This document shows, piece after piece, positions 37,009 to 46,919 of a stretch of 54,780 nucleotides of DNA. Each line of letters opens with the position of its first letter. The stretch's first letter is position 1. The stretch covers positions 7,776-62,555 of the forward strand of contig CBFIJD010000014.1 in assembly GCA_965662845.1 (NCBI GenBank), written 5' to 3'. Below the pieces are notes generated by a model, which was not told where the DNA came from, made no database searches, and was given only the letters and a program-made list of their open reading frames with translations. Source of the stretch: an uncultured bacterium (GTDB lineage: Bacteria > SAR324 > NAC60-12). Made by a program: the position numbers and the translations under genes.

Positions 37009-39371
37009 CGCGCATTGACCTCGATTTCCTCGGGGTCGAGCAGCAGCGGGTGATATTCTCCTCTCGCATACAGCGGCGACTGGTTCACAAAGTAGGGCGA
37101 AAACGGGTGCATCGATTGTCCCGCTGGCAGCACCGAGGAGGTGCGGTTTAAGTCGGCAAAGTCGATGACTTGCCGGATGGAGGCTCCCAAACCAACCGAC
37201 CAGTTGGGGGGGCGTGAACCAGCGCGCAAGAGGGTCCCTCGATATCCTGGGGAAGGGTATCTCTCTGACGCAAACCAGAGGTCCAGCAGCGGGAAGCGGC
37301 CCAGAGGGTGCGCGAACTGTACGGTTTGCAGGCTGCCCCACTGCCACTGACGCCAGTCCTCTCCATAGCGCTCTTGCATTGTGTTCAGGGCTTGACGCAG
37401 CGCCTGACGCAGGGCTTGGCTCAACGTCTCCGTCTCGGAGGTTTGCGGATTGTCTGCCCAGCCGTGAAGCTCTCCGTTCACCAGCTTCCTGAGCAACGCG
37501 CCGCTGGCATATCCTCGATAGTCGCGCGCCAACTCCAGCCCCAATTCGTCGGCAAACAAGACCTCTGGGATGACGCGCTCCCAGTGGGCGAAAATGGACG
37601 CCGCCACGCTGTCGGTCGTAAAGCACCCGTTCCAGGTCTCCAAGATCTCTTGCACAGGGATCACGAACTCTGTCTCCGCTAAGGCGGCGGTTCGGATGAG
37701 CGGACGCGCGAGGGGGTAGCAGGTGTCCAGCTGCAAGCGCTCCATGGCTTTGGCGGAGAAGACGCCGCTGCCGTCGAGCACCGCGGCCAAGCGTTGCATG
37801 CGTTCTCCCGGCGCAAAATAGCCGTGCACGCTGCCAACGAGAGCCTCTTCTAGGGCGTTGTTCGCGGAGCCGACCCAGCCGGCTGGGGGATTGTAGGCAT
37901 AGGGCAAATCCAACGTCCGGCGGACGCCTTGCCATTCGGCAGAACCGTCAGCGCCGGGCAAGATGCGCCAGCCGAGCTGGGCTCGAATCGGGAGAGTCCC
38001 TGTCGGTTGCATGCCGATGTTGCCTTGGGCGTCGGCATACGCGAAGTTCTGCGCGATGCCGCCAAAGTAGGAGAGGGCTAGCCGGAACTCATTCCAGTTT
38101 TTGGCGCGGTTGAGCTGAAAGAACCCTTCAATTTCGTTGGCCTCGGTGTCTTCCAGAAACGTCCAGCGATAGCTGAGCGCTTGATCAGAGAGTCCCGCGA
38201 GCTGCGATTCAAAATACACCTCGTTGATCAGAGGGCCGTGTGGCGTGTAAGGCACCTCAAACGTCTGAGAAGAGAAGCGCCCTTGCAGAGTGATCTCTCG
38301 TGTTTCGAGCGGAACCCACTCTCCTTGGAACTGTACTGCGGTCTTGGTCTCATTGAGGGTCTCGGCGAAGTAATCTCCGGCGTCGGCGTGCAGACTGGTC
38401 ATGCCCCAAGCGATCTGGGTGTTGTGCCCGACGGCGATGAATGGCAGACCGGGCACCATGCCCCCAGCGATCTCAAATTCGGGGGTGCGCACGTGTGCTT
38501 CATAGAAGAAGCCTGGAATGCCGAGCCCTAAGTGGGGGTCATGCGCCAAAATCGCCGCCCCGCTGGCAGTGCGTTCGGGAGCAATCGCCCAGTTGTTGCT
38601 GTGTCCTAATCCAAACCATGGGAGAAAGGGGTCGAGGACTGCGAGCGGATCGCGCGGTAGCGCGGCGGAGCCGATCTGCATGGGGCTGGGCAAGACGGCG
38701 GGGCTGCCACCTTGATAATGCGGAAACAGCTCTCGCAGACGTTCTTCACCGACTTGGCGGGCGAGGCGCTCAGCTAACAGGTCGTTGCGCAGAGCCGAGT
38801 GAAGCTGCATCGCCATGGCGCCGATCATGCCGGTCAAGTCGTCCTCGGCAAAGGGCTGCACCTCGTAGCCGGTCAACTCCAAGAGCGCCAGCTCTAGCGG
38901 CAGAGGGTGGTTTTCTAAGTAGGCGTTCACGCCCTGATAATAGGCTCGAAAGGCCGCCTGCACTTCGGGACTAGACTCGCGCAGCATCCGCTGGCCGATC
39001 TCATGTAGCCGAAAAGTCCGCAGCAGCAAGTCCACCTTGATGACAGGCTCCCACAATCCGACGACCTCGGTCAGGCGTCCTTGCCCCAAGACCCGAAAGA
39101 GCTCCAGCTGCGACAGCCGATCTTGCGCCACCGTCCAGCCCAGCGCAAAGTAGGCGTCGTCGCTGAACTGCGCTTCAATGTGCGGCACTCCCCACTGATC
39201 GCGAGTCACGAGGGCCTCTGCTTGGAGCGACTCTACGAGCTGGGTCCCTTCATACTGAGGAGAGGTGCGCCACAGGGTGAACCAACCATAGAGCACCAGC
39301 GCCAGCAACAACCCCAAGAGGGCCCCAAGCCCTCGTCCGAACCATTTTCCAACCCACTTCAACTGCTGCAT
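36984..39371 (-). CDS. Penicillin acylase family Ntn-hydrolase (S45), membrane-anchored
   Basis: N-terminal TM; RDQWGVPHI, AQDRLSQLEL, catalytic SNNW, HDPHL, QNFAYAD, GQSMHPFSP. Confidence 0.93.
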   Translation of the reverse strand: MQQLKWVGKWFGRGLGALLGLLLALVLYGWFTLWRTSPQYEGTQLVESLQAEALVTRDQWGVPHIEAQFSDDAYFALGWTVAQDRLSQLELFRVLGQGRLTEVVGLWEPVIKVDLLLRTFRLHEIGQRMLRESSPEVQAAFRAYYQGVNAYLENHPLPLELALLELTGYEVQPFAEDDLTGMIGAMAMQLHSALRNDLLAERLARQVGEERLRELFPHYQGGSPAVLPSPMQIGSAALPRDPLAVLDPFLPWFGLGHSNNWAIAPERTASGAAILAHDPHLGLGIPGFFYEAHVRTPEFEIAGGMVPGLPFIAVGHNTQIAWGMTSLHADAGDYFAETLNETKTAVQFQGEWVPLETREITLQGRFSSQTFEVPYTPHGPLINEVYFESQLAGLSDQALSYRWTFLEDTEANEIEGFFQLNRAKNWNEFRLALSYFGGIAQNFAYADAQGNIGMQPTGTLPIRAQLGWRILPGADGSAEWQGVRRTLDLPYAYNPPAGWVGSANNALEEALVGSVHGYFAPGERMQRLAAVLDGSGVFSAKAMERLQLDTCYPLARPLIRTAALAETEFVIPVQEILETWNGCFTTDSVAASIFAHWERVIPEVLFADELGLELARDYRGYASGALLRKLVNGELHGWADNPQTSETETLSQALRQALRQALNTMQERYGEDWRQWQWGSLQTVQFAHPLGRFPLLDLWFASERYPSPGYRGTLLRAGSRPPNWSVGLGASIRQVIDFADLNRTSSVLPAGQSMHPFSPYFVNQSPLYARGEYHPLLLDPEEIEVNARHRLTFSP

Positions 39372-39401
39372 GTCGCGACTCTTTTCAGTGTGAGAACATT
39401 G

Positions 39402-39430
39402 TTGACTTCACCGTCAGAAAACCATATCTT
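39402..39430 (+). promoter_or_regulatory. sigma70 promoter of rpsD
   Basis: TTGACT-N17-TATCTT. Confidence 0.6.
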
Positions 39431-39572
39431 AGCCGATTTTCGTCCAAAATCTTGCGTTTTTGTGGTCGGGCCCATTTATGGGATGACATCCCACAACGCA
39501 GCACGACGGAAGACCATCCTTGTTTCATTTTTCTACAGTCCGCTAGATGTCATCTGAAAGGAAAGAGCCTGA

Positions 39573-40184
39573 ATGACCGTTAAGACCAAGACCCTCCGCA
39601 AGCACTGCCGCGCCCTCGGTGTGAATCTGATTGGCACCCCGAACGTCGCCTTGACCCTCAACCGCCGCCCGAATCGGCCCGGACAGCACGGCGCTGCCCG
39701 CCGCGGGAAGCTGTCCCCATACGCGTTGCAGCTGATGGAGACCCAGAAGCTGAAGCACTTTTATGGCGTGACCGCCAAGCAGCTGCGTCGCTACTACGAG
39801 CGCGCCTCGAAGTCTCGTGAACAGACCAACGTGATGATGGTGCAGTTGATGGAGCGCCGCCTAGACAACATGGTCTATCGCATGGGCTTCACTCCAACGC
39901 TGCGGGCAGCGCGCCAGATGGTGGTGCACCGTCACATTCTGGTAAACGGCAAGAACGTCAACAAGCCCTCCATGGAGTTGCGCGCCGGTGACGTCGTGCA
40001 ACTGCGCGAGAAGAGCCGCTCGGTAGAACGCTACAAAGACTGGTTCGAACTCTATGAGCAGCAGCTTGGCTATGTGGAGCGGGATCCTTCCCAACTGTCG
40101 GGCAAGTTGGTCGCGATTCCCAGTCGTGACGAGATCCCCATCCAAGTGGAAGATAACTTGGTAGTCGAATTTATGGCTCTCTAA
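39573..40184 (+). CDS. rpsD: 30S ribosomal protein S4 (divergent, stand-alone, no zinc ribbon)
   Basis: PGQHG, QLMETQKLK..YG, ERRLDNMVYRMGF, AARQMVVH.HILVNGK.V..PS. Confidence 0.93.
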   Translation: MTVKTKTLRKHCRALGVNLIGTPNVALTLNRRPNRPGQHGAARRGKLSPYALQLMETQKLKHFYGVTAKQLRRYYERASKSREQTNVMMVQLMERRLDNMVYRMGFTPTLRAARQMVVHRHILVNGKNVNKPSMELRAGDVVQLREKSRSVERYKDWFELYEQQLGYVERDPSQLSGKLVAIPSRDEIPIQVEDNLVVEFMAL

Positions 40185-40253
40185 CCGTCTCCCCTCCACG
40201 GGCGGCCTCTCAAGGCTGCCTGTCCCTCCGCTTTTTCCCGCAAGGAGTACCCC

Positions 40254-42875
40254 GTGAAAACGTCGCAGCAAATCCGCCAGGAGTTCATCAGCTTCTTTGA
40301 AGAGCGCGAACACCGCTTTGTGCGCAGCTCACCTGTGGCTCCCCTCGACGATCCGACGCTGCTCTTCACCAACGCCGGCATGAACCAATTCAAAGATGTG
40401 TTTCTGGGAACAGGCACGCGGGATTATCAACGCGCTGCCAATTCGCAGAAGTGCATCCGCGCCAGCGGCAAACACAACGACCTCGAAGATGTGGGACGCG
40501 ACAACTATCACCACACATTCTTTGAAATGTTGGGGAACTGGTCCTTCGGCAACTATTTCAAAGAAGAAGCCATTCGCTGGGCTTGGGAGCTGTTGACGGA
40601 GGTCTGGGGACTCGACAAGTCTCGGCTGCACGCGACGGTCTTTGGGGGAGACGCCAAAGATGGCTTGGAAGCCGATCAAGAAGCTGCCGCCTTGTGGAAG
40701 ACCTGCACAGACATAGACCCAACGCACATTCACTTCTTCGGCAAAAAAGAGAACTTCTGGGAGATGGGAGACACAGGCCCGTGCGGGCCTTGCAGTGAAA
40801 TTCACATTGACCTCACGCCAGATCACTCTGGCGCTTCTTTGGTGAATGCCGATGACGCCCGCGTGATCGAAATCTGGAACCTCGTCTTCATCCAGTTCAA
40901 CCGTGGCAACGACGGTCAACTCTCCCCATTGCCTGCGACCGGTGTCGACACCGGGATGGGGCTAGAGCGCGTCTGTCGTGTGTTGCAAGGCGTGGACTCG
41001 AACTATAGCACTGACTTGTTCACCCCGATTTTACGGGCGATTAGCGAGGCCACGGGCACGCAAGACGCTGAAGGAGAGATCGGGGTGGCCTATCGCGTGA
41101 TTGCCGATCATGTGCGGGCGCTGAGCTTTGCCATTGCCGACGGCGCGATCCCATCTAATGAGGGGCGCGGCTATGTCTTGCGCAGAATGTTGCGGCGCGC
41201 AACTCGCTTTGGACGTGTCCTAGGCATGGAGCAGCCGTTCATCCACAAACTAGTCCCGACGCTAAGCGAGGTGATGGGCGAAGCCTTCCCCGAAATTCGA
41301 CAGCAACAAACCCACGTCATGCGCGTGATTGAGGCCGAAGAAGCGAGCTTTGGGCAGACGCTTGATCGGGGCTTGGAAATCTTTGAACAGATGGTGGCAC
41401 AACCACACACACAAGACTCCCAGATGCTCTCTGGTGAGGACGCGTTCAAGCTCTATGACACCTATGGCTTCCCAGTCGATTTGACCCGCCTGATGTGTGA
41501 GGAGCGACAGCTTCAGATTGATGAGGTCGGATTTGAGCGCAACATGGAAGCGCAACGGACAAAAGCCCGCGAGGCTGCAAAATTCCAAGCGGCTCAGATC
41601 GAGTGGACCCTTCTACGGGATGTCCAGCACTCCAACTTTGTCGGCTATGACACGTTCACCACCGAGGGCCACATCTGTCGCTTCTCGCAAAACGAGCAAG
41701 GTCAGTGGCTGCTGGTGTTGGATCACACTCCTTTTTATGCGGAATCAGGTGGGCAAGTCGGAGACCAAGGCACGATTCAGCAAAACAACACGCTCTGGAA
41801 AGTCGTGGATGTGCGACGCGAAGGAGACACGATTATTCACATCTGTGAGCAAGGCGCGGAGCCCGACACCAGCCCCGTGACGGCGCGGATTGACTATCAC
41901 CAGCGCCAGTCCACAACGCGCAACCACACGGGTACGCACATGCTGCAAGCCGCGCTCAAGACCGTCCTCGGTGTGCATGTGAATCAGGCCGGCTCGGTTG
42001 TGCACCCTGACTATCTGCGCTTTGACTTCACCCATCACGACCGCCTGACAGAGGAGCAGCTGGCTCAGATTGAGCGCACGATCAACCAAAAGATTCGGGA
42101 AAATCTGGCGCTGAATGTGTACGAAACCGGCTACCAAAATGCGATTGAGAGCGGAGTTACTGCGTTGTTTGGCGAGAAATATGGCGACAAGGTGCGCGTC
42201 GTCACCATGGGAGAGTTCTCTTCGGAGCTCTGTGGAGGGTGTCACACCAACGCGACGGGTGAAATTGGCTCCTTCCGTGTGGTCTCGGAAGGGGCGATCG
42301 CTGCTGGAGTGCGACGCATTGTCGCCGTCACAGGGCAAAGAGCAGAAGAGTTGGGGCGCCAAGAAAGTCGGGCGATGCAAGAGCTTCGGCAGCTGCTCAA
42401 CACCCCAACGGAGACCGTCAGTGGGGTGGTCGCGCAACTTCTGGAAGAGAAGCGACGTCTGGAAAAAGAGCTGCAACAACTGAAGAAGGCGTCTGCTGCC
42501 GGTGGCGCGACGGAGCTGCTCGCGCAGGCCCAGACGGTAGGAGATGTGCGGTTGCTCGCACAGCGTGTGGAAGTCGACTCTATGGATGAGCTGCGCTCCT
42601 TGGCCGACACGCTCCGCCCTCAGCTCAACGGAGTCGCTCTGCTCGCGGCGGAGATCAACGGCAAAGCTACGTTGCTCTGCGTGGTCGCCGATCAGGTGCT
42701 CGTCAAAGGAGCCAAAGCCGCAGATATTGTGAACCGTGTCGCAGCGTTGGCGGACGGCAAAGGGGGCGGCAAGCCGCATCTAGCGCAGGCCGGCATCAAG
42801 TCTCCTGAAAAGTTGCTCGCCGCTCTCGAACAAGCTCCCCAACAGCTGCAGGAATATCTGCAGTCTCTCACCTGA
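40254..42875 (+). CDS. alaS: Alanine--tRNA ligase
   Basis: DPTLLFTNAGMNQFK, HHTFFEMLGNWSFG, DTGMGLER, TPFYAESGGQ, NHTGTH, ELCGGCH, GKGGGK; GTG after AAGGAG. Confidence 0.98.
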   Translation: MKTSQQIRQEFISFFEEREHRFVRSSPVAPLDDPTLLFTNAGMNQFKDVFLGTGTRDYQRAANSQKCIRASGKHNDLEDVGRDNYHHTFFEMLGNWSFGNYFKEEAIRWAWELLTEVWGLDKSRLHATVFGGDAKDGLEADQEAAALWKTCTDIDPTHIHFFGKKENFWEMGDTGPCGPCSEIHIDLTPDHSGASLVNADDARVIEIWNLVFIQFNRGNDGQLSPLPATGVDTGMGLERVCRVLQGVDSNYSTDLFTPILRAISEATGTQDAEGEIGVAYRVIADHVRALSFAIADGAIPSNEGRGYVLRRMLRRATRFGRVLGMEQPFIHKLVPTLSEVMGEAFPEIRQQQTHVMRVIEAEEASFGQTLDRGLEIFEQMVAQPHTQDSQMLSGEDAFKLYDTYGFPVDLTRLMCEERQLQIDEVGFERNMEAQRTKAREAAKFQAAQIEWTLLRDVQHSNFVGYDTFTTEGHICRFSQNEQGQWLLVLDHTPFYAESGGQVGDQGTIQQNNTLWKVVDVRREGDTIIHICEQGAEPDTSPVTARIDYHQRQSTTRNHTGTHMLQAALKTVLGVHVNQAGSVVHPDYLRFDFTHHDRLTEEQLAQIERTINQKIRENLALNVYETGYQNAIESGVTALFGEKYGDKVRVVTMGEFSSELCGGCHTNATGEIGSFRVVSEGAIAAGVRRIVAVTGQRAEELGRQESRAMQELRQLLNTPTETVSGVVAQLLEEKRRLEKELQQLKKASAAGGATELLAQAQTVGDVRLLAQRVEVDSMDELRSLADTLRPQLNGVALLAAEINGKATLLCVVADQVLVKGAKAADIVNRVAALADGKGGGKPHLAQAGIKSPEKLLAALEQAPQQLQEYLQSLT

Positions 42876-42893
42876 GTTCCCCCCCGGACTTGC

Positions 42894-44186
42894 ATGTCAT
42901 ACGAATGGTTCGTCGGTCGGCGTTACCTCTTCTCCACGCGCAGCGACCGCTCCATTTCTGTCATCACGTGGATCTCGGTCTGTGGCGTCGCCCTCGGCGT
43001 CATTGCCTTGATTGTCTCAACTTCCGTGATGAACGGCTTTCGCGACAACCTCCGCCAGGCGATCACTGGCTCTCTCCCTCACGTGACGCTCTATTCTTGG
43101 AGCGATTCCATGCGCAATTTTGAAGAGCTTCGCTTAGAGGTCGAGCAGCACCCTGAGGTCGTCGGCGCTGCGCCTTACATTTTCAAACAGGCGCTGCTCA
43201 CAGGGGCCAAGACGCCGAAGGGGTCTTTGTTGCGTGGCATTGACCCTGCGGTAGAGGCGCAAGTCACCAACCTTGGGCTGTTCTTGCGCCGGGAACGCTA
43301 TGCGCCGACTCCGACCACAAAGGCTGCCCAAGCTCAGCTCTCCCGTGAGCTGTTGCAGCGACTCTCGCACCCTCAAGCCCGCGCACAACAGCTCCGAGAT
43401 GGGATCATTTTGGGCTCTAACCTCGCGCAACAGCTCGGAGTTCAGCTCGGAGACACGGTGCAGGTCGTGTCGTCTGACCAACGCATGACTCCCGTGGGAG
43501 AGGTGCCACGCGTCAAGACCTTAGAAGTGATCGGTTTTTTTGAATCTGGCATCGCGGGCTACGACGAGGTGCTGGCTTTCATGGATTATCGTTTGGTGCA
43601 GAAGGTGTTCCGCATGCGCGACGCGGTGACGGGGTTGGGGATTCGCATCCAAGATCCAGAAGAGGCTCCCGCAGTCGCGGCAGACCTCCAAGAACTGAGC
43701 GAGCTGTATGTGGTGAGCAACTGGGCGGAGGAGAACAAGAGCATCTTTCAGGTGATGAAACTAGAAAAGTTTGGGCTGTTCCTCATCCTCACCTTGATCG
43801 TGGTGGTCGCGGCCTTCAACATCATCAGCTCCCTTGTGATGCTCGTCTTGGAGAAATCCCGAGAGATCGCCATTCTCAAAGCGCTCGGCGCCACCGATCA
43901 CAGCATTCGGAAGGTCTTCATGTTGCAGGGGATGGTGATCGGTTTGATTGGCACCCTCTCGGGAGTGACGATCGGGCTGTTGCTCTGTTGGGCGTTGATG
44001 ACGTTTGACTTTATTGAGATTCCTCCGGGGGTGTATCCGGGGGGAGATCGCATCCCTGTCTTGATTGATTGGGGCGATGTGGGGCTCACCACGATCTCGT
44101 CGTTTGTGATCTGTTTCTTGGTCACCATCTATCCTTCCACCAAAGCCGCCCGGCTCCATCCGGTCGACCCGCTGCGCTACGAGTAG
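42894..44186 (+). CDS. Lipoprotein-releasing ABC permease LolC/E family
   Basis: ISVCGVALGVIALIVSTSVMNGF, VAAFNIISSLVMLVLEKSREIAILKALGA, PVDPLRYE. Confidence 0.92.
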   Translation: MSYEWFVGRRYLFSTRSDRSISVITWISVCGVALGVIALIVSTSVMNGFRDNLRQAITGSLPHVTLYSWSDSMRNFEELRLEVEQHPEVVGAAPYIFKQALLTGAKTPKGSLLRGIDPAVEAQVTNLGLFLRRERYAPTPTTKAAQAQLSRELLQRLSHPQARAQQLRDGIILGSNLAQQLGVQLGDTVQVVSSDQRMTPVGEVPRVKTLEVIGFFESGIAGYDEVLAFMDYRLVQKVFRMRDAVTGLGIRIQDPEEAPAVAADLQELSELYVVSNWAEENKSIFQVMKLEKFGLFLILTLIVVVAAFNIISSLVMLVLEKSREIAILKALGATDHSIRKVFMLQGMVIGLIGTLSGVTIGLLLCWALMTFDFIEIPPGVYPGGDRIPVLIDWGDVGLTTISSFVICFLVTIYPSTKAARLHPVDPLRYE

Positions 44187-44214
44187 CGGACTTTTTGCGA
44201 TATGAGGCCGAGCC

Positions 44215-45573
44215 ATGCACCTTTCTGAGCTTAAAAACCAGTTTCTAGACTTTTTGCAACAACGCTGCAGCGGGCCCAAGCATGAAAAGCTGGGGGTGGA
44301 GTATGAGACCTTCGTGATGTGGGGAGACGCCGCGCAGCTGAAGCCCCTGCCGATTGAGGGCGACCCCAGCATCTACAAAATGCTGCAACGGATGTTGGCG
44401 TTGAGCCAAAAGGCCGAGCACCCTTGGGAAGCACAGTATGAAGACTCGCTGCTGCTAGGGCTGGTGAACCAAGCTGGGCAGTCAATCTCTGTGGAGCCGG
44501 GAGGACAAATTGAACTCTCTGATGCCCCGCGCACCGACCTGACCGAAGTGGCTCACGCCCTCGGAAGGCACCTCGAACAGCTGCTGGAAGCCTCACGCAG
44601 CGCCGAAGGACATATGCTCTTTCTGGGGGTTCATCCGCTGTTGACACCGGAGCAATTGCCGCTGTTGCCCAAGCAGCGCTACCGTCTGATGTACGAAACG
44701 ATGCAGCGCGTGGACACACACGGGCAGTGGATGATGAAAGCGACCAGCGGAGTCCAAGTGAACTTGGATTATCAGTCGTTGGAAGACCTCGAACGCAAAT
44801 TTGTGCTGCTCAACCGCCTGACCCCATTTTTGACCGCCATTTTTGCCAACAGTCCAATTGTCGAAGGGCAAGACAGCGGCTACCGCTCCTTTCGCGGGCG
44901 CATTTGGCAAAACACCGATCCGCATCGGGCCGGTTTGCCGCAAGCGTTTGTCGCGAAAAACTTCACGCTGGCTGACTACATCGAGTGGGCTCTGGACGTG
45001 GCCCCTTACCACCTCTACCGCGAAGGGAAGGTTGTGACGCTGGGAGATCAGACGTTTCGCGCCCTGCTCCGAGATCCTTCTCCGCTGGAACTCAATTCCG
45101 CTGATTGGATGTTGCATCTGGGGATGTTGTTCCCAGACGTACGGATCAAGCGCATCATGGAAGTGCGCTGCATTGACACACAGCTGCCACGCGACGTGAT
45201 GGCGGTGCCGGCGCTGCTCCAAGCCTTGGTCTATAACGAGGACGCCATCGCGCGATTAGAAAGCTGGCTGATGGATCTTCCTGAAGAGGCGTTTGCGCAC
45301 TACCGGAACGCGGCGGCCAAAGATGGAATCGCTGCCGAAGTCGGAGAGGTGAGCTTCGCCAAAGCTGCGATCAAGATTCTTGAGACAACCTTGGAGCAGA
45401 TGGACTCCGAGACACAGCTGCATTGGCTCGTTCCCTTTTTTGAACGCTACACCAAGCACGGACAATGTCCGGCAGATCAAATCTTGGAGCGATTCCACGC
45501 AGCCAGCTCTCTCACGGATTGGCTGGAGCGCGAGCTGGCCAACAGCAGCCTCACCGCCTTGTACGCCGCATGA
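44215..45573 (+). CDS. gshA: Glutamate--cysteine ligase, GCS2 (plant/alphaproteobacterial type)
   Basis: LGVEYE, ISVEPGGQIELS, PKQRY, MM..TSGVQVNLD, FANSP, LFPDVRIK..MEVR. Confidence 0.9.
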   Translation: MHLSELKNQFLDFLQQRCSGPKHEKLGVEYETFVMWGDAAQLKPLPIEGDPSIYKMLQRMLALSQKAEHPWEAQYEDSLLLGLVNQAGQSISVEPGGQIELSDAPRTDLTEVAHALGRHLEQLLEASRSAEGHMLFLGVHPLLTPEQLPLLPKQRYRLMYETMQRVDTHGQWMMKATSGVQVNLDYQSLEDLERKFVLLNRLTPFLTAIFANSPIVEGQDSGYRSFRGRIWQNTDPHRAGLPQAFVAKNFTLADYIEWALDVAPYHLYREGKVVTLGDQTFRALLRDPSPLELNSADWMLHLGMLFPDVRIKRIMEVRCIDTQLPRDVMAVPALLQALVYNEDAIARLESWLMDLPEEAFAHYRNAAAKDGIAAEVGEVSFAKAAIKILETTLEQMDSETQLHWLVPFFERYTKHGQCPADQILERFHAASSLTDWLERELANSSLTALYAA

Positions 45574-46910
45574 AAGCGCACGTCTTACGTCAAGTGCTAG
45601 ACCGAGCACATTTTTACGGTCTCTTCCAAAAAGATGGGCAAGGGGAACTTCAACACGCCCCCTTCGCGCTCAGTCCTTACCCGCTCCCGCAGACGCTCCT
45701 CCAAACCTTTCCGCTGGTTACCCAGCTCTCGAGTTTGTTGATCTGGCGCGTGGCCAATGCCCACGATTTTTTGCGAGAAGTGTTAGAGCCGGTTGCCGTC
45801 AGCGATGAATTTGTGCGCTTTTTGTTGGGGCTCCTTCCTTCAGAGGTGCGTCAACAGCATCAACTGCTGTTCAATCGCAATGACTTCCTAATCGAGCGGG
45901 GCGCAAACGAAATCCGTGCGCTCCAAGTGGAGTTAAACACCATCTCTGCGAGCTTTGCCCACCTCTCTGAGCGCACAACGCTCTTGCACCAGCAGCTCTT
46001 TCGCGAAGAATTCATCGCGGTGCATCCCCTCACACAGCGAGCAGGACAAGCCTTTGCCGTCAGCCTCCGTGAGACCGCAGCGGCGATGGGGCGCCTTGAC
46101 GACGTGGTGCTGATGCTGGTGCAGCCGCGAGAACGCAACTGGTTTGATCAGATGGGCCTGCAAGCGCATGTTGAAGCGGAAGGGCTGCGCGTCCAGCGAG
46201 TTTCTCTTGAACAACTCCACAGGGAGGGCGCGCTGCGCGACGGGAATTTGATGTGGCAGGGGCAGCGAGTCAGCGTCGTCTATTTTCGTGCGGGCTACTC
46301 TCCCGATGAGTTTGCCACTCCTGAAAGCCGAGACGCGCGCCAGATGCTTGAGGCGTCATCGGCTGTGTTGCTACCAGAAGCGGCAATGCAGCTCGCGGGG
46401 ACCAAGAAGATTCAGCAAGTGCTCACGCAGCGGAGTGTGTTGCAGCGCTTCTTGGACGAGGAATCGGCTCAAACGCTCCAGGAATCCTTTGCGTTGATGT
46501 TCGCTTGTGACGGAGAGACGCCGGACGGCGAGCCAGCGTTAGAGCGCTTGCGTCGAGAGCCGCGAGGCTTTGTGGTTAAGCCCCAGCGTGAGGGGGGAGG
46601 GAACAACATCTATGGAGCCGACATCCCCGCGTTTTTAGAGCAACTTCCGGCAAAGGAACGCAACGCCTACGTCGCGATGCAGCGCATTCAAGCGGAAGAA
46701 CGGGAGTCCTTGCTAGTGGTGAACCAGCAGGCTCAGTGGCGCGCCGCGATCCATGAGGTGGGACGATATGGAGTGCTCCGTGCCGAAGGCGACCAGGTGA
46801 AAGAAAACGCCGAGATTGGACACTTGGTGCGCACCAAAGCTGCCGACGTCAACGAGGGAGGCGTCGTCGCGGGCTTTGCCTGCCTGAACTCGCTAGCCAC
46901 AGAGCCCTAA
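45570..46910 (+). CDS. Glutathione synthetase, eukaryotic type
   Basis: HAPFAL.P, RNDF, QVELNTISASF, YFRAGYSP, QLAGTKKIQQVL, KPQREGGGNNIYG, MQRI, GHLVRTK...NEGGVVAGF; ATGA overlap with gshA. Confidence 0.9.
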   Translation: MKAHVLRQVLDRAHFYGLFQKDGQGELQHAPFALSPYPLPQTLLQTFPLVTQLSSLLIWRVANAHDFLREVLEPVAVSDEFVRFLLGLLPSEVRQQHQLLFNRNDFLIERGANEIRALQVELNTISASFAHLSERTTLLHQQLFREEFIAVHPLTQRAGQAFAVSLRETAAAMGRLDDVVLMLVQPRERNWFDQMGLQAHVEAEGLRVQRVSLEQLHREGALRDGNLMWQGQRVSVVYFRAGYSPDEFATPESRDARQMLEASSAVLLPEAAMQLAGTKKIQQVLTQRSVLQRFLDEESAQTLQESFALMFACDGETPDGEPALERLRREPRGFVVKPQREGGGNNIYGADIPAFLEQLPAKERNAYVAMQRIQAEERESLLVVNQQAQWRAAIHEVGRYGVLRAEGDQVKENAEIGHLVRTKAADVNEGGVVAGFACLNSLATEP

Positions 46911-46919
46911 ATTCACGCT

